NCBI GenBank assembly: GCA_024655865.1
Contig: JANLFM010000004.1
Coordinates: 19,040-83,039, forward strand
DNA length: 64,000 nucleotides
Direction of reading: 5' to 3'
Source of the DNA: Caldisericota bacterium
GTDB lineage: Bacteria > Caldisericota > JANLFM01
Part shown: positions 57,516-64,000 of the stretch, piece by piece
Numbering within the stretch: position 1 is the first letter of the stretch
Layout of the letters: every line of letters begins with the position of its first letter
The notes under the pieces: model-generated
The model's input: only the letters and a program-made list of their open reading frames with translations
Databases searched by the model: none
Told to the model about the DNA's origin: nothing
Position numbers and translations under genes: made by a program

Positions 57516-57682
57516 GGCGAAGAGAGGCTTATGGAGAGCCAATCCTAGCCTTCTCTTCCTATCCCACAGTTTCCTCAGGCGGCTGATTTTGGGCCGGTTC
57601 TGGTTATATCCACCTGGCCTGTTCGGCTCCTTGCAGAAAGGGGCCCTTGGCAAAAGACCCTGAGGTGCGAGGCTGAAATTTG

Positions 57683-57778
57683 ATCCGCAGAGGATCCCCG
57701 CTTCCGCAGAAGCTCCTTGCATCCGCGAAGAGCCCTTGCATCCGCAGAAGCTCCCTGCACTCGCAGAGGATCCCCCGC
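57683..57778. repeat. 19-bp tandem repeat, 5 degenerate units
   Basis: ATCCGCAGAGGATCCCCGC / TTCCGCAGAAGCTCCTTGC / ATCCGCGAAGAGCCCTTGC / ATCCGCAGAAGCTCCCTGC / ACTCGCAGAGGATCCCCCGC. Confidence 0.75.
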
Positions 57779-57929
57779 GGTGCACCATCTAAAGGGAAAT
57801 CCAAAAATGTATGATTGCAAGACCTGACCCTACTGGCTGGCCCTATTGGAATTCTGGAATTGTTGGATTGCAAGACCTGACCCCGTTACATGGCGTTGAC
57901 AGCCAGCCAATTATTTGCTAAAAAGGCCC

Positions 57930-58145
57930 CAAAGCGAAGAAGGGAGAGGAGTAAGCCTCGTCGCTTGCCTCAGAGAGGGGAAGTAAGGTGCGAGTTCCCT
58001 GGCAGGCAGAAGCTGAAGTCGCTCTCTGAGCTGGATGCTGAAATTAAAAGTAGGCTTTCCCGCTGGCTGCGTTAAAACCAAGAGAGCCCATTATGGGAAT
58101 TAAGGTGGTACCGCGGACCTCCGTCCTTGACGGAGGTTTTTCTTT
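57930..58145 (+). ncRNA. T-box riboswitch (valine) leader
   Basis: AGAGA box, GAA-GTC (Val) specifier at 58015-58020, AAGGTGGTACCGCG T-box and terminator ACCTCCGTC-CTT-GACGGAGGT-TTTT; upstream of valS. Confidence 0.9.
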
Positions 58146-58167
58146 TTAAAGATGGAGGAAGGAGAAT

Positions 58168-60795
58168 ATGGAGATATCCACGGCTTACGAGCCTAAGGCA
58201 GTAGAAAAAAGGATATACCGGTTCTGGCTGGACGGAAATTATTTCCGTGCCGAAATCGATTACCACAAAAAACCGGCTGTAATTTCTATGCCCCCTCCCA
58301 ACGTTTACGGCTCCCTGCATATGGGACATGGCTTCAATAACACCCTTCAGGACCTGATCATCCGCTTTTGGAGAATGAGCGGGCTGAACGCTCTCTGGGT
58401 TCCCGGACTGGATCACGCTGGTTTAGCTTTCCAGAACGCAGTAGAAAAGGAGCTTCGCAAGGAGGGCCTCTCCCGTTTCGATTTGGGGAGAGAGGAGTTT
58501 TTAAAGAGGTGTTTTAAGTGGAAGGAGGAACAGGCTGCCTACGTGGTGGAACAGCTTCAGACAATGGGGGCTTCAGCGGATTGGTCCCGTTTGCGCTTCA
58601 CGATGGACGAGGCTTACCAGAAAGCTGTGCGCCGCCAATTCGTGCAACTTTTCCAGGATGGATTGATCTACAGGGGAACCCGGATCATAAACTGGTGCCC
58701 TACCTGTCTCACGGCACTTTCGGATATCGAGGTGGAGTACGAGGAGGAGCAAGCCTTCCTCTATTATGTGCGCTATCCCCTGGAGGGAGGGGAGGGCTTC
58801 ATCACGGTGGCCACAACCAGGCCGGAAACGATGCTCGGAGACACAGGAGTAGCAGTACACCCGGAGGATTTAAGATACCGTTCCTTAATCGGTAAAACAG
58901 CCATCCTCCCCATTATGAATCGCAAAATTCCCATTGTGGCCGATGAGGCTGTTGACCCCACCTTTGGTACAGGAGCGGTAAAGATCACCCCGGCTCATGA
59001 TCCGGTGGACTACGAGGTTGGTCAGAGGCACAATCTTCCCCCCATCTCCGTGATCGGCGAAAAGGGGAAGATGACCTCTGATGCCGGAAAGTACGCGGGA
59101 AAAGATCGCCTGGAAGCGCGAAAGGAAATCGTAGAGGAACTTAAAAGAGAAGGGCTTCTTCTGAAAGTGGAGCCCTACACTCACGCCTTGGGCAAGTGCT
59201 ACCGCTGCCACCAGCCCATAGAGCCCTTGATTTCCACACAGTGGTTCGTGAAAATGAAACCCCTGGCCATACCGGCGATGGAGGTCGTGGAAAGAGGAGA
59301 AATTAAGTTTTACCCTGAGCGATGGAAAAAGGTATATATGGACTGGATGGAGAATATAAAGGACTGGTGCATCTCGCGCCAGATCTGGTGGGGGCACCGG
59401 ATTCCTGTCTGGTACTGTCAGTCCTGCGGGGAAGTTTTCGCCAGCGAGGATGATCCGGAAAGGTGCCCCCACTGTGGTTCTCCTGATTTAAAGCAGGATC
59501 CTGACGCCCTGGACACCTGGTTTTCCTCTAATTTATGGCCCTTCGCCATCTTAGGCTGGCCTGAGGACACCCCCGACCTCCGCTATTTTTTCCCCACCAC
59601 GGTGCTCTCTACGGGATACGACATCATCTTCTTCTGGGTGGCACGCATGATTATGGCTTCCCTCTATTTCACGAAGAAGATCCCCTTCAGCAAGGTGTAC
59701 ATTCACGGGCTAATCAGGGATGGAAAAGGAAGAAAGATGTCCCGCTCCTTGGGCAACGTGATAGACCCCTTAGAGAAAATGGAGCAATACGGCACCGACG
59801 CTTTTCGATTCGCCATGGCGGCCTCAGCCACTCTTGGAGGCCAGGACATTCCTATGGGTGAAGAGCGCTTCGAGCGGGGGCGAAATTTCACGAACAAGCT
59901 CTGGAACGCCTCCCGCTTCCTTTTAATCAACCTCGAGGGGTACGACCCTCAAGCTCGACCCGCCGACTCCCTCCCTCACAGATATATTCGCTCTCGCCTG
60001 AACAAAGTAATTGAGGAAGTTACCAGGGACCTTGAGGAGTTCAATTTTGCTGATTGTACGCACACTCTGGAGGAATTCTTCTGGGGAGAGTTCTGCGACT
60101 GGTATATCGAGATGTGCAAAACCGACCTTGCCCGTGGTGGTGAGGCCAAGAAAGGGGCACAGGTGGTTCTCCACGACACCCTTGAGACCATCCTCAGGCT
60201 CCTACATCCCATTTGCCCCTTCATCACCGAGGAGCTCTGGCAGAAGCTACCGGGTAAAAAGGGGCCTGCCTTGATCGTTGCTCCCTGGCCCAAGCCCGAG
60301 AAAAGCCTTTACGATGAGGATGCGGAAGAGAGGATGGAGTGTCTTAAGGCCTTCGTGCGCACTGTACGCAATTTGCGCGCCGAAGGGGGCCTTCCTCCAT
60401 CGAACTTCATCAAGGCTCTGGTGATTACCGATTCCCAGACTCAAAAAACTATCCAGGAGTCCCTGGAATACATTCTTCCCCTGGCCCGCCTGAGCGAGGT
60501 GGAGTTCCTGGAGGAGAAAAGAAGGCCTAAAGGGTCCCTTGGCGGGATTGCTCAGGGCATGGAGATCTTTCTGCCCCTTACCATTCAGGAAAAAGAAAGC
60601 CTGCTTGCCCGGATGAGGAAGGATTCGGAGAAATTGAAAGCGGACTACGAGCGCGTCCTTCTTCGGATATCTAACCCCGAGTTTCACAAAAAGGCTCCTC
60701 CCGAGGTTTTGGAAAAACAAAAAAGAAGCCTTGAGGATTTGAAGTTTCGCCTGGAGCGAGTGCAAAAAATCATCGAAGAGCTGGAGGAAGAATGA
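58168..60795 (+). CDS. valS: Valyl-tRNA synthetase
   Basis: PPPNV..HMGH, WCISRQIWWGHRIP and KMSRS motifs; C-terminal coiled coil. Confidence 0.97.
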   Translation: MEISTAYEPKAVEKRIYRFWLDGNYFRAEIDYHKKPAVISMPPPNVYGSLHMGHGFNNTLQDLIIRFWRMSGLNALWVPGLDHAGLAFQNAVEKELRKEGLSRFDLGREEFLKRCFKWKEEQAAYVVEQLQTMGASADWSRLRFTMDEAYQKAVRRQFVQLFQDGLIYRGTRIINWCPTCLTALSDIEVEYEEEQAFLYYVRYPLEGGEGFITVATTRPETMLGDTGVAVHPEDLRYRSLIGKTAILPIMNRKIPIVADEAVDPTFGTGAVKITPAHDPVDYEVGQRHNLPPISVIGEKGKMTSDAGKYAGKDRLEARKEIVEELKREGLLLKVEPYTHALGKCYRCHQPIEPLISTQWFVKMKPLAIPAMEVVERGEIKFYPERWKKVYMDWMENIKDWCISRQIWWGHRIPVWYCQSCGEVFASEDDPERCPHCGSPDLKQDPDALDTWFSSNLWPFAILGWPEDTPDLRYFFPTTVLSTGYDIIFFWVARMIMASLYFTKKIPFSKVYIHGLIRDGKGRKMSRSLGNVIDPLEKMEQYGTDAFRFAMAASATLGGQDIPMGEERFERGRNFTNKLWNASRFLLINLEGYDPQARPADSLPHRYIRSRLNKVIEEVTRDLEEFNFADCTHTLEEFFWGEFCDWYIEMCKTDLARGGEAKKGAQVVLHDTLETILRLLHPICPFITEELWQKLPGKKGPALIVAPWPKPEKSLYDEDAEERMECLKAFVRTVRNLRAEGGLPPSNFIKALVITDSQTQKTIQESLEYILPLARLSEVEFLEEKRRPKGSLGGIAQGMEIFLPLTIQEKESLLARMRKDSEKLKADYERVLLRISNPEFHKKAPPEVLEKQKRSLEDLKFRLERVQKIIEELEEE

Positions 60796-62084
60796 ACTAT
60801 AAGGAGGCTCTGGAGTTTCTGGAATCCCCCTCCCGTTTCTCCCCGAAGTTAGGGTTGGAAAGGATCAGGGTATTTTTATCGGAGCTGGGTTCCCCTCAGG
60901 ATTGCTTTCCCTCCGTTCTGATCGCGGGGACCTCGGGCAAGGGGTCCAGTTGCAAGATGATAGAGAGCGTCCTCACGGCATCTGGGTACAAAGTGGGGCT
61001 CTTCACCAAGCCACACCTCCAGTCATACCGGGAGCGCGTTGCCCTTGGAGATGAATTGATTTCCCCAGAGGACCTTACGAGGCTTGTAGAAAAAATGGTT
61101 CCCTTGGCGGGGAAAATCGGCAGTACACCCCTGGGCTTCCCCACTTATTTCGAAATGGGAGTAGCTCTGGCCTTTCAGTACTTTGCCCTGAATAAGGTGG
61201 ATATCGCCATAGTGGAAGTGGGTATGGGAGGAAGGCTTGACGCCACAAACATCCTAATGCCCATCGTATGCGGAATCACTGAGATCGGTTTCGATCACGA
61301 GAAGTATTTGGGGAGCACCCTTTCTCAGATTGCAGGAGAGAAGGCGGGAATTATCAAGCCCGGGGTGCCGGTTGTGGTCTCCCGTCAGGAACCAGAGGCC
61401 ATGGCAGTCATCACAAGAGTGGCCCGGGAACTTAGAGCGCCCATTTTTGATAGCGATAATAGGGGCGATGGTCCTCTCTCGTTCAGCTTAGAGGGGCAGA
61501 CCTTTAATCTCCGGGGAAGGGATAACCTTTACAGGGAACTCTTCATCCCTCTTTTAGGTGAGCATCAGATCAGGAACGCTGCCTTGGCCCTCACGGTCCT
61601 CGAGGTCCTTCGTGATCTGGGGTTTTCCTGGAACGAGGATCATTTGCGCAGAGGCTTCGCGGAGCTTAAATGGCCAGGGCGTCTGGAGGTTCTTTCCCAA
61701 TCGCCCCTCGTGGTCATAGATGGAGCGCACAACCCGTGCAAGGCCCAGGCTTTAGCACAGGCAGTGGCGGAATACCTGCTCTTTAAGCGCCTGATATTGG
61801 TTCTGGGGGTCTCCAGGGATAAGGACTTTCTCGGCATCCTGGAAAAATTCCTCCCCATGAATCCTCTGGTGATAGCTACCGCTGCCAGTTCCGGAAGGGC
61901 CTTATCTCCTCCTGAAATTAAGCAAGCCTGCCAGAACCTGGGCATTCCCTGCGAGGATTTTCCCAGCGTAAGGACTGCCCTGAAAAGAGCCATTGAGGTT
62001 GCAGAAGCGGAGGATTTGATCCTGGTATCCGGTTCTATATACGTTGCCGGGGAGGCGCGAGATCTTTACTTTCAAGTGGGGTGA
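60792..62084 (+). CDS. folC: Folylpolyglutamate synthase/dihydrofolate synthase
   Basis: GTSGKGS, EVGMGGRLDATN, WPGRLE and DGAHN motifs. Confidence 0.93.
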   Translation: MNYKEALEFLESPSRFSPKLGLERIRVFLSELGSPQDCFPSVLIAGTSGKGSSCKMIESVLTASGYKVGLFTKPHLQSYRERVALGDELISPEDLTRLVEKMVPLAGKIGSTPLGFPTYFEMGVALAFQYFALNKVDIAIVEVGMGGRLDATNILMPIVCGITEIGFDHEKYLGSTLSQIAGEKAGIIKPGVPVVVSRQEPEAMAVITRVARELRAPIFDSDNRGDGPLSFSLEGQTFNLRGRDNLYRELFIPLLGEHQIRNAALALTVLEVLRDLGFSWNEDHLRRGFAELKWPGRLEVLSQSPLVVIDGAHNPCKAQALAQAVAEYLLFKRLILVLGVSRDKDFLGILEKFLPMNPLVIATAASSGRALSPPEIKQACQNLGIPCEDFPSVRTALKRAIEVAEAEDLILVSGSIYVAGEARDLYFQVG

Positions 62085-62674
62085 TCGCCGTATAGACGCA
62101 TCAGCTTTTCCCGGGAAAGCCAGATGCGTCGCGATACCAGGGCTTTTTTCTTTTTTTTCTCAAACCCCTCCTCAAGGTACTTTCGCAAAAAGAAGTACTG
62201 TACCCTTGTCTCCCATACCTCTTTAGTTTTGGTTTCCATGGGAAACACCTCAAAGCCCAGCCGCTTTGCTCCTTCATGAAGCAGGGTGGTCCCCCGGAAA
62301 GCCTTCACCTTAAGCAGGCGGGGATCCGAATTGGCCATCTTTGCCAGCTCCCTTAAAGAGAGTCTCGTCCTTCTCAAAACTTCTACGTAAAAGGACACCG
62401 GGTCCTGAATTTCCTTCCTTAGTTCCCTGATCATTTTATTATCGGTATGAAGTTCGCCCACCACTTCCCCTTTTTTGATTTTGATTCCCCCCTCGAGTGT
62501 GATTCCCGGACCCCGATAGTGGGTCAAACCCCAGCGGAGGGTCCCTTCCCCTGGAGGGCCTACTGGTTTTATGCGAAAAAGCCACTCGTAGAAACGCTCA
62601 TAAAAATCCCAGAATTTCTCGCTTAACGACCCGAAAGCCGGCATCCATGATCGCTTTTTGAAGCTCATCGTCAA
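62072..62674 (-). CDS. YkoP-like hypothetical protein
   Basis: YRG...GEVVGELHTDN and KRLGFE resemble YkoP-type proteins. Start uncertain. Confidence 0.55.
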   Translation of the reverse strand: MTMSFKKRSWMPAFGSLSEKFWDFYERFYEWLFRIKPVGPPGEGTLRWGLTHYRGPGITLEGGIKIKKGEVVGELHTDNKMIRELRKEIQDPVSFYVEVLRRTRLSLRELAKMANSDPRLLKVKAFRGTTLLHEGAKRLGFEVFPMETKTKEVWETRVQYFFLRKYLEEGFEKKKKKALVSRRIWLSREKLMRLYGDHPT

Positions 62675-63425
62675 CTAAAACCTCCATTTCTCCTCTGTGT
62701 CCCGGGTGGACCATGACCTCAGTAAAACCGGAATCCAGGCGCCTCAACATCCCTAAGACACTGCTTAAGGAAAAGTTCGGTTCCTGCTCCAGGATTCCCG
62801 CAAAGTATTCGCTGGTTATAAAGTCGTCATTTTTTAAATAGTCATAAAGGGAGCCCGCCCATAGGGATAAAAAAAGAATCTCCAGGGCCCTTCCTATCCG
62901 GGGCAGAGCTCGAAAAAGGTTCACTTTCTTTTCCCTGGGGCAACGTATATATCTAAAACCGTATTCCTTAACGGTCTGGCGCAAAATAGGAAAAACGCCC
63001 GGCATAACATGCGTGTGGTTATGGCTATCGAACCTGTTTGGCTGAAACCCGAAGGAGAGGAATTTTTCAATCTGAGCGCGGCACTCCTTTTTTAAGTCCT
63101 CCGGGTCGATCAAACCCTGGCGCATCCTGAGCAGAAATTTGGCCGGGGGGTAAAACAGGCCCTCTTTGTCCACAAGGGAAGGAGCCTTTGAAAGAGGTGA
63201 ACCCTCAGTAACGTTAAAATGAAGGCCAACCGGGAGACCTGCCTCTTTTGCTTTCTGGGCCCCCTCTTCCGTGGCCATCCCCATGTTCACGATCAAGGAA
63301 GCGCCACCCACGGGACCCTTCTTAAAGGAGGCAATAATCCTCTGGTTCGTTGCCGAATCGAATCCTAAATCATCAGCCTGAAAGAGCACAAGTTTATCTT
63401 TGGGCACCTTCTTCATCCGTAACAA
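62598..63425 (-). CDS. ChbG/HpnK (YdjC) family deacetylase
   Basis: ADDLG, GLHFN, DSHNHTH and EVMVHPG motifs. Confidence 0.88.
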   Translation of the reverse strand: MLRMKKVPKDKLVLFQADDLGFDSATNQRIIASFKKGPVGGASLIVNMGMATEEGAQKAKEAGLPVGLHFNVTEGSPLSKAPSLVDKEGLFYPPAKFLLRMRQGLIDPEDLKKECRAQIEKFLSFGFQPNRFDSHNHTHVMPGVFPILRQTVKEYGFRYIRCPREKKVNLFRALPRIGRALEILFLSLWAGSLYDYLKNDDFITSEYFAGILEQEPNFSLSSVLGMLRRLDSGFTEVMVHPGHRGEMEVLVDDELQKAIMDAGFRVVKREILGFL

Positions 63426-63495
63426 AAGTTGACCGCCTTTGCTCTAAATATTAAAACAAATAAACAGCTTGATTCAGTATTTTAAGGAGGGGAAA

Positions 63496-64000
63496 ATGGA
63501 TTTTGACGCTATTGTCCTCGCCGGGCCAGGAAAGGAAGACTGGCTGGCTCAGGAAGGTGTGAGCAATAAAAGCCTTTTGCCCATTGATGGCAGACCAATG
63601 GTGGAATACGTGCTTCAAGCCCTTAAGGGCTCCCGATTTTTAAAAAACCTGATCCTCGTTGCCGACTTTCCCTTAAGCGAGGGCCTGAAACCTCTTGTAG
63701 ATAAATATGTGCCCGCCGGCGATACTATGGAGGAAAACATCGAAAGGGGTGTATTGGAAACCTCCAGTCCTCTCGTAGCCATCATGGGCTCGGACATCCC
63801 TTTTATTTCCAGCGAAACTATTGATCGGGTGATCTCCCTTTGCAGTTCCTACCCTGCCTCGCTTTACCTCCCGGTGATCAGGAGGGAGGACATCGAGAGG
63901 ATCTTTCCTGGGAGTCAGCGCACTTATGCTCGTTTAAAGGAAGGAGAGGTAAAGGCCGGGAATATCTTTTTATTCAAAAGGGAGAACTGGCACACGGTAG
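63496..64000 (+). CDS. MobA-like nucleotidyltransferase (partial, runs off the window)
   Basis: AAGGAGG Shine-Dalgarno; translates as MDFDAIVLAG...NKSLLPIDGRPMVEYV...GSDIP with no stop before the window end. Confidence 0.8.
   Translation, partial: MDFDAIVLAGPGKEDWLAQEGVSNKSLLPIDGRPMVEYVLQALKGSRFLKNLILVADFPLSEGLKPLVDKYVPAGDTMEENIERGVLETSSPLVAIMGSDIPFISSETIDRVISLCSSYPASLYLPVIRREDIERIFPGSQRTYARLKEGEVKAGNIFLFKRENWHTV

Larger units (their letters stand above)
56323..57884. mobile_element. Tyrosine-transposase locus bounded by inverted GGGTCAGGTCTTGCAAT repeats
   Basis: Left repeat at 56323-56347; right inverted repeats at 57806-57830 and 57858-57884. Confidence 0.75.

Noticed and set aside
57279-57778. 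CRISPR array
   Set aside because: The units are contiguous and degenerate with no unique ~30-40-bp spacers, and there are no cas genes.
57165-57873. Minus-strand ORFs (207, 81 and 89 aa) downstream of the transposase
   Set aside because: They overlap non-triplet repeat arrays and show no recognisable motifs; probably spurious.

Overview
Bacterial chromosomal window of moderate GC with some AT-rich patches; the taxon cannot be assigned from sequence alone. Bases 1-31.8 kb hold a surface-glycan and nucleotide-sugar region: the dTDP-rhamnose pathway, GT2/GT4 glycosyltransferases, ManC, an epimerase, a ligase/OTase-TPR protein, a priming transferase, MurJ, PMM and an NDP-sugar dehydrogenase. It is interrupted by two AAA_14/DUF4143 ATPases, each with a palindromic operator, and by glycogen genes that include a GlgA-GalT fusion. 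At 32.3-35.7 kb lies the best candidate for a novel system: an unannotated 31-aa signal-peptide-like ORF inside a transcript whose 5' and 3' ends pair, followed directly by two membrane-anchored HD-GYP proteins (one degenerate, one intact). Next come an attenuated pyrKDFE operon and a sugar ABC transporter bracketed by two 277-bp inverted-repeat miniature elements. Housekeeping genes follow (proS, rtcB, degV, aspS, metK, T-box valS-folC). An HUH/RAYT-like tyrosine transposase is flanked by the same GGGGTCAGGTCTTGCAAT repeat (9 copies in the window) and carries non-triplet tandem repeat arrays. All product calls come from motif recognition, not database searches.
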